From assembly GCF_006345805.1 (NCBI RefSeq), contig NC_043020.1, forward strand, positions 24,552,001-24,616,000: a stretch of DNA of 64,000 bases. Direction: 5' to 3'. The notes beneath the pieces were generated by a model, which ran no database searches, was not told the DNA's origin, and saw nothing but the letters and a program-made list of their open reading frames with translations. Both the position numbers and the translations under genes were made by a program. This document shows, in pieces, positions 52,576 to 64,000 of this stretch (the first letter of the stretch is position 1; each line of letters begins with the position of its first letter). Source of the DNA: Octopus sinensis (Eukaryota).

Positions 52576-52981
52576 TTCTACACACCTCTGTATATTAACC
52601 TCTTGTTATACAGCCATACAATTCTACACAAAATTCGTACTTTGCATATAAAACTCTTCTCCACACCACAGAAAATAGTTATTTAAACCTTTCAGCTTTT
52701 TAGTTCCATACCCTCCCCACTGAGAAAAAAACTGATATTTGAGGGAGACCAGACTGCTATTTCTAGAAAAACAGTTAGCTCCGTACAAGCTTTCATCGGT
52801 TCAACGTGTGTGTTAAGCAGATATGGATCATGTTGACTTTGAAGATATTGATCTGTTAACAAAATATTTTGCCACGTCAAGGATATAGAAATGATGTTTA
52901 TCTTGACATATACAAACAGACGCGGGTATATATAATTTGACTACAGCAGTGTGTAAGAGAGAGCGCGCGCGTACGTGCGTT

Positions 52982-53022
<41 letters not shown>

Positions 53023-53086
53023 ATATATACACACACACATGTATGCGTGTGTGTGGTACATTACATGCAGATATGTGCGTGCATAA

Positions 53087-53178
<92 letters not shown>

Positions 53179-53460
53179 GTAGCTATATGCATTTGTACTT
53201 AGAAGTATCTATGTATATACATATATATATCCGTACATATATTTATAGACGCACACACAATGGATGTGTCTACAAGTGGAAGGAAAGAACATTCACCACT
53301 TTTAATAGAGCTGATACACATTTATATTAAGGTTTTGCAGGAACCCAGAACTGGCTCTCGCGGTGCTTACACAATTTGCTAGAAAGACCAGCCAAATCTC
53401 TTTCAGATCACAGTATGTCGTCTTCCATAATGACACGTTGGATAATGTAGTTCTAGGTTG

Positions 53461-53497
<37 letters not shown>

Positions 53498-53629
53498 GAG
53501 ACAGATAGTGACTGATAATCGAAGCAGAGAGGGAAGGAAATAGAGAGGGGGAGAGAAACAATGAGAAAGGAAAAGAAAGACAAAGAGAAAGTAAAAGACA
53601 AAGAGAGGGACAGAGAGAGATAGTCACAA

Positions 53630-53676
<47 letters not shown>

Positions 53677-53864
53677 TACAGAGAGAGCGAGAAAACACCG
53701 TAAGAGACAATGAAAGACCCATATACATACATACATACATATATGTATATCTATATATATATTTATGAATGACACACACACACATATATATATAATTGTA
53801 TTGTTTTGGGTGTCGTGACAACGCTATGAAAACACAAATGAGCACAAGTGTCAATATCACATTC

Positions 53865-53894
53865 CACGTTGGTCACGTGACTAGTTCCACGTGG
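53865..53894. promoter_or_regulatory. E-box cluster (CACGTT, GTCACGTGAC, CCACGTGG)
   Basis: Three E-box-type sites in 30 nt of non-repetitive sequence. Confidence 0.3.
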
Positions 53895-54480
53895 CTGTGG
53901 TATCGGTGACGGTTGGTGGTGGTAAACCATCAGAACTGATCTCCCAGACAGTGCATCTGCCGTTTCTTTCCCTTCCCAAACACCATCACCCGTAATTCCT
54001 TCCTCCATATTTCTTCTTCTCCTTCTCCTCCTCCTTCGTGCTCCCTCTTCTAATATTTCCTTCCATATGTCACAGCTATACATTTTCGTGCCAACCCACC
54101 GTTTTGTTTCAGCCCTCCATATTTCAATTTCGTGTATATGTGCTTCAACAAACACACGTCCGCATATATCGGCACATAAATACTGTTTGTACATACACAC
54201 GCGCGTACTAGATATATATATATATATATATATGCACCCGCGCGCATCAGGACACGCACACACATTTGTGCATTCAACTGATCTGAATTGTCAACGAAAG
54301 TAGAAAATAGTTCTCAATACATGTTACGCATTTCATTTATTCTAAATGAATTGCTTTCTCTCATAACTTCAGTTTAATGCAAATATTCTCGCCTTATGAT
54401 CGCAATGGCGTGAAACTCAAGTCACACAACACAGGAACGTGGGAGAGACAGACAGACAATGAATGTGTGTGAGGGTGTGC

Positions 54481-54511
<31 letters not shown>

Positions 54512-55099
54512 AGAGAGAGAGAGTGAATGAGAGTGAGAAAGAGAGCGAGGGATGGAGGTAGCAAATGAAAAAATAAGACTTAATGAGATAGAGAGGAGAA
54601 AACAGTGAAGTGAGAGGGGGCAGGAAAGGGCGTCAGAGGTAAAAGTGAGAGGAGAGAAAAAGAGAAGGATGCGAGATGTAGTAATGAGGGGAAGACAAAG
54701 AGAAAGGAGATAGAAAGAGAGAGAGTTATATACAAAAGATAGGAGTATGCATGGAGAGAGAGTGAGAGAGAGAGAGAGAAACAAAGACAGAGAGATGGTA
54801 AGGAAGAATAGCCGAAGTCTAAAAATACTCATAAAAACAGTTTTTGTTAAAAATCTAAATTAATGTTGATTTGTCATGTAATGTTCCCAAGTTCAACTCC
54901 AGTTGTTTCACGAAAAACAATTTTAATATTTTTACTTTTAAAGAATTTTTTTTAAATACAAATCTTTTTAAATATTTTTCTTGTGTTTTATTTATTAAAT
55001 TTCCTTACTTGTATTATTTGTATTCATTTGTTTTTTGTATTTATTTATTTATTTATTTATTTAATTAGAGTATTTTCTTTTCTTTATTGTCCACAATGA

Positions 55100-55344
55100 T
55101 TAAGTTTGTTTATGGTTGTGATGATGATGAGGATGTTGATGTTTGGGGTGATGATGATGATGGTGGTGGTGGTGATGATAGTGGTGGTGGTTATGAGGAT
55201 GGCGGTGGTGGATGTTGTAGCGATCATGATTGAAATTTGTGCAAAAGGAATGACGATATTTGGTGGTGATGATGATGGTGGTGATGATGATGATGATGAT
55301 GGTGGTGGTGATGATGAAGATGATGATGATGGTGGTGGTGGTGG

Positions 55345-55376
<32 letters not shown>

Positions 55377-55890
55377 ATGATTATGATGATGATAGTGTGG
55401 TTGTTGTAGTGATGATGATGGAAATCGTGATGACGGTGATTGGTGAACGATTGCGATGATGATCATGGTAACAGCGAAGATATTGACGTTGCGATTGTTG
55501 AAGAAAATCATGAGTATTGGTGGTGGTGGGGGATGGTGGAGAGATAGCATTGTTATTAATAGCGATAATGGTGATGACGATAATTATGATGATGATGATG
55601 ATGATGATGTTCTTGAAGACGCTGAAGAGAATAAGAACGTGGATGATAATGGTGATTTAAATGTTGATGTCAGTGGTGATGGTGACGAAAGTGGTGCCGG
55701 GATGGAAACTGTGATGGTGATGATGATGATGTTGATGGTGATGATGATGATAATGATGGTCTACATCTCGAGGAGTAAGTTTTGGTGTCAGAGGCATTTC
55801 TGGTGGCAGTAATGCATTATTATTATTATTATTATTATTATTAGTAGTAGTAGTAGTAGTAGTAGTAGTTGTTGTTGTTGTTGTTGTTGT
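55100..55890. repeat. Degenerate (GAT/GGT)n, (TAT)n, (AGT)n, (GTT)n trinucleotide region
   Basis: Direct reading; source of the spurious poly-Asp/Gly/His ORFs. Confidence 0.9.
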
Positions 55891-56268
55891 TGTTTTTGTC
55901 GTCTTGTTGTTATGGTTGCGGTCGATTAAGAATGTGTGGATTTAGAAGGAATTTCAAAATATGGCGTTATTTTAAAACAGTCAGAAAGAAAGAAAGGAAG
56001 AAAGAATTTGAGACAGACAGCCAGACAGAAACAAAAAACAGAGAGAGAGAGAGAAGGAAAAGAAGACAAAGAAAAACAAAGACGGTAAGTGAGAAAGAGG
56101 AAAAGACAGAAGAAGATAAAAGGAGAGAGAGGTGAGAAGGAGAGACAGAACGACAAAGAAAGAGAGGCGGAATGAACAAAGAGAAAAAGAAAGTGAAAGT
56201 AAGGTGGAAAGAAAATTAAATTGAAATATTAAAACTTTAATGGTCAGCCATCTTTTTTTCATGCACCA

Positions 56269-56336
56269 TGCACTGGTGCACTATTCCCAGAATGCACTAG
56301 TGCACTTTGCCCAGAATGCATTGGTGCATCTCAGAA
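56269..56336 (+). promoter_or_regulatory. About three 24-bp units with Staf/ZNF143-like motifs
   Basis: tgcactggtgcactattcccagaa / tgcactagtgcactttgcccagaa / tgcattggtgcatctcagaa. The junctions spell TTCCCAGAATGCA. Confidence 0.35.
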
Positions 56337-56804
56337 CTTATCCACCATTGCACACGCCCGCGCTATTCCAACCGAAATGCTCTTAATTTATGGTCGAAAA
56401 TTACATCCGCACATAACTACAGCGGCGATGATGATAATGATGATGATAGTAGTGATGATAAAGACGGTTATGATGATGATGACGATGGTGATGACAGCGA
56501 CAACGAAAACGACTGCGATAATAGTGATGATGATAGTGATGGCTATAGTGATGGTGATGATAATAATCATAGTCACAAACGTTTGAGGCAAGGGTAGAAT
56601 CGCTTAAATCGACACATGTACACTCACCACAGATTCCTAATTCGAATCACCTGATCTGCTAGAAATACCAGCCAATTCTTAGTATTTTCTGCAATTCATT
56701 TGTCGATCCTAGCAGGCTTGACTTCGATCAGTTACTTCTTTTTCGGTCGACTGATCGATGAAATTGTATTTCGATCAACTGTTTTTAATGAATAAATATA
56801 GCCA

Positions 56805-57175
56805 AGCATGGCTGTGTGTTGAGACGTATGCTTCCCAACTACATAGTTTCGGGTTCAGTCCCGTTGCATGGCACCTTGGGCAAGTGTCTTCTACTATAGC
56901 CTCGGGGCCGACCAAAGCTTTGAGAGTGGATTTGGTAGATGGAAACATATATAACTATGTGAGCATCTGTGTTTGTCTCCCACCACCGTTTGACAATCGG
57001 TGTTGGTGTGTTAACATCCCAGTAACTTGGCGGTTCGGAAAAAGAAAACAACAGAATAAGTACCAGGCTCCAAAAAGGAATGAGTACCAGTGTCGCTTCA
57101 TTCGACAAGAACATTCAAGGCAGTGCTCCGGTATGGCCGCAGTCTAACAACAAACAAGTGAAAGCTAAGATAAAA
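56805..57175 (+). mobile_element. SINE family A, near full length
   Basis: gcatggctgtgtgttgagacgtatgcttcccaac...ccttgggcaagtgtctt...aaacaagtgaaag. Confidence 0.8.
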
Positions 57176-57404
57176 TATATTTATCTCATTACAGAACTTG
57201 TAATTCCATTCTTAACTGAAAATAAATCCGACTATTTTTTGTCGCAAATTGCGATTAAAAAGTAAAATTTTGTATAGCGGACATTGAAGTTTTTCCCCAC
57301 AAAATATTGTGTCCCAGATTTTGGAGAAGGTTAGGTTTCACAGCTTTAGGTTATGAGCTCGACAAAGTACAGGTCTCGGGTCACTTTCGGTCAGCTGGCT
57401 GTAA

Positions 57405-57520
57405 TTCTTTTCTACTCTAGGCACAATGCCCGAAATTTTGGGGGAGGGGGCCAGTCGATTAGATCAACTCCAGTACGCAACTGGTACTTAATTTATCGAC
57501 CCCGAAAGGATGAAAGGCAA
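57405..57520 (-). mobile_element. SINE family C, 3' part
   Basis: ttttctactctaggcacaatgcccgaaattttgggg...ccgaaaggatgaaaggcaaag. Confidence 0.75.
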
Positions 57521-58918
57521 AGCTATAAAAAGCATATATATATATATATATACATTTTATTTATTCACTCCGACTTGCAAGATGCAAAAACTATTTCCAG
57601 TCCAGCCCAGCCCACCACTAAAACTATTTGCTGTCGTACTATAATATGCAAAATTGTGTGATTAAGAAATTTGCTTTGCAGCTGTGCAGTTTCGGTTTCA
57701 GTCCTGCTGCGCAACATCTTGAGTGTCTCCTACTGTAGCCCCGGTCTGACCAATGCCTTGTGAGTGGATTTGACAGGTGGAAACTGCGTGGAAGCCCACT
57801 ATATACTTGAAAACCGATATGTTGACTTGTTTACAAGTCAGTAAGTTGGTGGTTTAGCAAAGGAGTCCGATCAATCTTTAAAAAACAATGTAATGGTGCC
57901 AGAGGTAACAAAAAAAAAAAAAAAAAGAGAGGGAAAAGGTCATCTGGCCTCAACAGACCAATAAAGAGACATAATTGAATTATGAAAATCATGATATCCG
58001 CCTCTTAACCAATTCTTGCCGTCAACGGTCTCAAAGATTTCTAATAAAGATAGAAGAGCACATTTTTATACGGCATGTTGTTGTTGTTGTTAGTGATGGT
58101 GGTCTTGTTATTTGTGGTAGAGGTGGTGGTGGTGGTGTTGAACTCCAGATCAGGCGTGGGTGTGCAGACTGATGATCAAAGGCCTGCCAGATATGACCGT
58201 CCTTTCATTTCTTGTAAAGAGTAATGGAGTCCATCCAAGACTACATTATCTAATGTGCTCTTCGAATTTTAGAATGAGGGAGACATAGGCTGCAATTTCC
58301 AGCATATTGAGCAACCACGTAATGGCTTCTATTTTTGTTTTGTTTCTTCATTTAACCCCAGGAAATCTCTACTGAATTAGATTTATGGTCAAAGACGTTC
58401 CATCGATGACCATTTCGTATTGTTTTCCAGATACACATTATCTAATGGGAGGAGGAGGATGAGGAGGAGGAGCAAGTGAGTGTGTGTGCATGTGTATTAT
58501 ATAGTGCTCTGCATGTGGGTATGTAGTGATGTGTATACTTATGTAGTACTATGTGTGTAATGATGTGTAGATAATTCTGTGTGTATATGTGTGTGGGTAT
58601 ATGTATATGTGTGTGTATGTATTTACTGATGGTATATGTGTATATGTAGCCGTGTGTGTGTGTATACGGGCGTGAGTGTTGCATTGTGTGTATGTCTATA
58701 GTTGCATGTGTATATATGCGATGAAATTGTGTGCATTAACGCATGTGTAGAGGGAGACGTGTGTATATATACATAATAGTCGGCGTATGTATACTGATCT
58801 CTGTGTTTGGTGTCTAGAGGTATGTGTGTGTGCGTGCGATGTGTGTGTGCGTGCGATGTGTGTGTGTATATATATATATATCAGTATGTGTCTATAGTGG
58901 TCTCTCTCTCTCTCTATG

Positions 58919-58959
<41 letters not shown>

Positions 58960-59150
58960 GCACACACAGTTTGCGCGTGTGAAGTGGTTTGTGCGTGTTT
59001 AATGTAGTTTGCGTGTTTATGTAGCGATGCGTGTAGTAATGTGCGTGTGTGTGAGTGAATGTGTGATGCGGGTGGGGAGGGGGTCGACAGACAGACAGAT
59101 AGGAATGCAGACAAAAGGTGAAGCGACTAGACAGTATGTGCATCTGTATA

Positions 59151-59203
<53 letters not shown>

Positions 59204-59298
59204 ACATATATATATATGTATACATATATATATATACATACACACATATAGATATACATACACACATATAGATATATGTACATATATATATATGTATA

Positions 59299-59413
<115 letters not shown>

Positions 59414-60870
59414 TATATATGGTGTGTGTGTGTGTGAACAGGGAATGTATATATGTGCGCGTTTATGTATTGATTGACGTGTCTAAAAGTATGTGTGTAT
59501 GTGTAGCGGAGAATTTTATGGAATATATATCGGTTAATATAGTGACATGAAATAATGGTGTGTATATGTGTGTGTGTATCTATATATGTATGTGTGCATA
59601 CATATATATATAGAGAGAGAGATACATGTGTGTGGTAATGAAGGGATATATGTGTATGAAAGTGGAGTATATGAGGCACGTGCAGGAGTGTATGTTTGTG
59701 TGTTGTTGCAGTGATAGGTGTACGTAAAGGAGGCGTTCACTGTGTGTGTGTGTGTGTGTAATGGTGTGTCGGTGGAATAGATGGCGAAGTGGTTGGATTT
59801 GGTGGGGTATGATGTTTGCGCGGGGTGTGGTGGGAGGAGGAAGAACAGTGGAGGGGGATGCAATGTGGTTGCGACGAGAGGAGGGAGGGAGGTGAGTTGG
59901 AGTGAGACGAGGTGGAGGCACGGCGTGGTGGTAGGTGGGGGCGAAGAGCAAGGTGCGTGTCTCTGATTGTGGGAAAAGGGATTGGATGGTGCTGTTAGGG
60001 AGAAAAAGAAAGGAAGTGAAAGATAGAGGAAGAGAATGAGAGAGAGAGAGTGAAATAGGGGATGAGCTTGCAAGGTGATGCCGTGAAGATAAATGAGAGC
60101 AGACAGTGTGTGTGTGTGTGTGTGTGTGTGTGACGGTATGGCACACTTGTGACGCAAATTAAGATATAAAAGCAATTGAAGAAGAAAAAACAACACGAAA
60201 TTAAAGAAAGCAAAGAAAAGAGAAAAACTAAAGAATATAGGGATGAAGAGGGAAGACTTCTGGGGAGAAAAGGTGGAAGGATGTAAGGAAGGGCGATAGA
60301 AATAAAGAAAGAGAAAAAGAGCGAAAGAGAATGAAAGACGAGGAAGGAAATTTTGTAATGAAAGCGAAGAAAGACAGAAAGAATGAGAGATTGAATGAAA
60401 AAGAAGAATTAAAGGAGGGGGCTGAATTTTCAGAGGGATGGGAAAATATTCAGTGGGGGAGGGGGTAGAGAAAGAAAGCGAAAGAAAGAAGGAAAGAAAA
60501 GAAAGCGAGAAAGAAAGAAAGACAATAGGGGAGAGAAAGAAAGTTGATGACGTTATTGGGTGAACGACATTCCATCATGTCCTGGTTGTAAGGTGAGATG
60601 AAGAAGTAGTGTTTGATGTGGGTGGGGGAGTGGAGTCTGTCTGTCTTACACATGGATGACTGGAAACAACAACAAAGCAAATATAATAACAGCAACAATA
60701 AAAATATATGAAGCAACAGTAACAACAACGATAACAACAGCGAACTGAAATGATCCAACAACGGACTTTCCACTGAGGCACTCGACCAGCTAGAATTCGT
60801 AGCTAAAATCTCCATTAAATTACATTCACTGTTTTAACAAATGAAAGATGAGGTTGGATAATGGAGACTT

Positions 60871-61150
60871 TCATCATCCGGTCGAGCTTGTTCGGACATT
60901 TTGAATTCGCACATGCCATCCATCTTGGTCCTGCATTTGTTGAGGGAGGGTTTCAAGGAGGCATCCAGGGTCTCTGGTCAGTTGATCTACAGACAATGAT
61001 AGCGTAGGGCACTTGCCAGCTCTTGGTTAGTTCGCCAGCAAAGCGTAATCGCCTCTCTCTCTCTTTCTTATAATAGGGGAAATTTTCATGCCGCTGTTTC
61101 TTGGTGAGATAAGGTCTCCAAGATATGGCTAAGACTTCTCTTAACATTCG
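60871..61150 (-). mobile_element. RTE-type (RTE-X-like) LINE 3' remnant
   Basis: MLREVLAISWRPYLTK...RERRLRFAG, then LPQQMQDQDGWHVRIQNVRTSST. This resembles the recalled RTE C-terminus MLRxxLNISW...RERRLRFAGH...AMxDRDxW. Confidence 0.8.
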
Positions 61151-62354
61151 AATGTAAATTCCATCTAGTTTAGATTCCAGAACTGGTCCTTGATTAAACG
61201 ACAGCGAATGATAAAAAAATAAAATAAAATCGGCCTCAGTGAGGTCTGAACTTTAGAGTGCCGAGTGTGAGAATGATTATCACAAAGTAGTCTCATTAAC
61301 ACTAACGACATCTCGCCACTTATCCGCTAAATATATTGTCTGGAAACAAGAACTGAATGACACTGTGGTTACGGTTGGTCTCTCTTTAAGCATAGGTCTG
61401 TAGGATCGCGTCTGACTTGAGAGTAAACTAACACACCACAACAAGTTAAAACATAAACCCACTTGATACCTCGTCAACAACAGCTCCACTCCTTCCATCG
61501 TATTATTTCTCCGCCTCTCCCTCATCCCACTTCCTTACACCAACAACCCCGCTTCAACTGACGTCATTCGACTTCTCACACCCACCATAATGAAACATCA
61601 ATAACGTCACAACACATTTTTTCCACTTGGAGGAGATATTTCGGAGGGGAATGTCATTAATCACCATTTTTTTTTTTTCTTTTTAACGTTTTAATATCTT
61701 AGTTTCAAATGTTTATAAACAGATGTATACACTGCCTCAGTGAAAACGGTAACCAGATGGTTAGGTGTTCGGCTCATTATCGATTCCTTTGTCGGGCGTC
61801 GCGTTACATCGTCAGGCAAGTCCTATCATTTCACCTTACCCCAATCTACACTGCTGGATATTCGTGCAGCTGTTCGCTCCCACCTGCAGCCACGTCTAGG
61901 ATATTCTGGTAACTCGATGATGGGGTGGCCCAAAGAGTGTCCTGTAACTGATCACGACTACATAAGCATCTAATACAATTAGCGAGGGAAGACAATGTGC
62001 TTCAGGAAGGGCATCTCTGATGAGTTGTCAGTAATGCCAAGTGCAACAGTAGACGCGAAACCGGTTCTACGACATAACCAAGTACATACTAATCGGCAAT
62101 TTAAACGTGTTTGTATACCTTCATATATATATGCATGTATGTATGTATGTATGTATGTATGTATGTATGTATGTATTATGTATGTATTATGTATGTATTA
62201 TGTATGTATGTATGTGTGTGTGAGTTAAATATAAGGCAATATGACTCTCCCCAGACAAAACGTTTGTTTCAACACACGAATTCACATAAAGAATCTTGCA
62301 AACCAGATACAAAACTGAAGTCTAATAATAATAATAATTATTATTATTATTATA

Positions 62355-62435
62355 CTTTCTACTATAGGCACAAGGCCTGAAATTCTGGGGTAGGGGATAA
62401 GTCAATTACATCGACCCCAGTATTCAACTGGTACA
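62355..62435 (-). mobile_element. SINE family C, 3' end
   Basis: tttctactataggcacaaggcctgaaatt...acatcgaccccag. Confidence 0.7.
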
Positions 62436-62565
62436 TATATGTGTGTATATATATATGTACATATATGTATATATATATGTATATATATATGTGTGTGTGT
62501 GTATATATGTGTATATATGTGCATATATATATATATGTGTGTGTGTGTGTGTCTGCATATATATG

Positions 62566-62597
<32 letters not shown>

Positions 62598-62645
62598 ATA
62601 TATATATGCGTGTAGATAGATAGACAAACAGACAGACAGACAGAC

Positions 62646-62707
<62 letters not shown>

Positions 62708-62708
62708 G

Positions 62709-62743
<35 letters not shown>

Positions 62744-62744
62744 G

Positions 62745-62830
<86 letters not shown>

Positions 62831-64000
62831 CAGATTAAAGTAAACCTACACACGTTTCTACTGCATCGATTAGTAGCCGTTACAATTGCAACTCTACTAT
62901 AATATTGAAGTTTCTTCAGGGTCTATACTTAAATATCTTTTGACTTAACTGTTTAAAGCTTTTCGTTTATTAATACACACACTGAAATCTTCCTACTGCC
63001 AGTAGAACTAAAACCAAGCTGTCCAAGCTACAACCATATCTTCTTTCATATTTTAAGAATAGTTATATCTAGCACTATAGCGCCTACCTTTGTTTTTGCA
63101 AGATAATATGATACGAAAGTAGAGATATTTAGCTGTAATTTATAGCATGTCTGGCAGAGACAAAAACAAATTTCCTCCAGTTCTATCATCAAAAATTATC
63201 CATTTGTCAATTTTCAAAAATTAAAATCTATCTTCATTATCCAATCTGCTATTAATTTTTTTTTTTATTCCAGCAAAATGGTGTATTAAGGGAGATTTGG
63301 CTGCTATTTCTAACTAACAAGTCGAATGACCACGTAGAGATGATCTCATTGCTTAGAGGTCTCTCAGCAGTTGGAATTGCTTTTGTGGTGGTGGTGGTGG
63401 TGGTGGTATTGCCATTGCTGCTAGTGTTGGTGCTGTTGAAGTTACTGCTGCTGATAGTGTCGTTATTGTTGTTAATGTTGTTGCTGCTGCCGCTGTTACT
63501 GCTGCTGTAGATTGCTGCTGTTATTTTCAGCATTGCATGTTGTTGTTCTTGCTATTTCCCTGTTATTGTTACTGTTGTTGTTGCTGTTGTTTTTCTTGTT
63601 GTTATTGCTGTTGTCGGTTATCTAAGCGCCACCACAAAACTCCCAAAATCTGATTATGGCTATGAAAGAGGTGTGTCACGCTTAGCGGCTTGGAGCGTCG
63701 AACCTATTGATGAACTCGCCACTCCCACACCCCTTTGACCACAATGTCTGCTCCCAGCTGAGGACCCACCTCTCCCTGGTCCCTGATTTTCCTCTCTGTA
63801 GCCCGCTCCATAACCCCTTTTCACCCACCCCCACTACTATTGTCACCAAAATATTTTACTTGAAACGGTGTAAAGCCTCAGCAGATTCCAATGGCCAGAG
63901 ACGTTAATCATTTTGGACATTGATGTTGGATTAATGGCGTGGTGGTCAGTGTTGGACCTTTGATGGTGTAATAGCCAGTGGTTTTGAGCGGGGAGACAGT

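Noticed and set aside
55106-56597. Asp/Gly/His-rich ORFs resembling acidic or biomineralisation proteins
   Set aside because: Degenerate (GAT/GGT)n simple sequence open in several frames on both strands; no splice signals or unique domain.
62014-62070. CUGAUGA...GAAACCGGUU hammerhead candidate
   Set aside because: Stem I cannot form and stem II is not contiguous with GAAA.

Overview
Animal non-coding DNA, very probably an octopus (coleoid cephalopod). This is inferred from remembered similarity of the SINE families and the extreme (TA)n/(CA)n/(GATA)n density, not from a search. I recognise no protein-coding gene; almost all ORFs in the track are translated simple repeats. The window reads as one or more very long introns filled with three abundant tRNA-derived SINE families, LINE 3' remnants (two RTE-type, one CR1/L2-type), a non-autonomous Helitron, hAT and fold-back MITEs, and a 100-N assembly gap (50185-50284). 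Two signals stand out. (1) On the minus strand, two polypyrimidine-AG|GTAAGT junctions 23.4 kb apart are each followed 60-64 nt later by a GTAAGA donor. This is recursive-splice-site/RS-exon architecture, and a 14-nt microexon candidate lies nearby. (2) Four minimal type I hammerhead ribozyme motifs sit in four unrelated repeat contexts: one has an intact core, and one is in a tRNA-headed element with an inverted 5' duplication. These suggest Penelope-like/retrozyme-type elements. All calls were made by eye, family letters A-C are my own labels, and repeat boundaries are approximate (about +/-10-20 nt).
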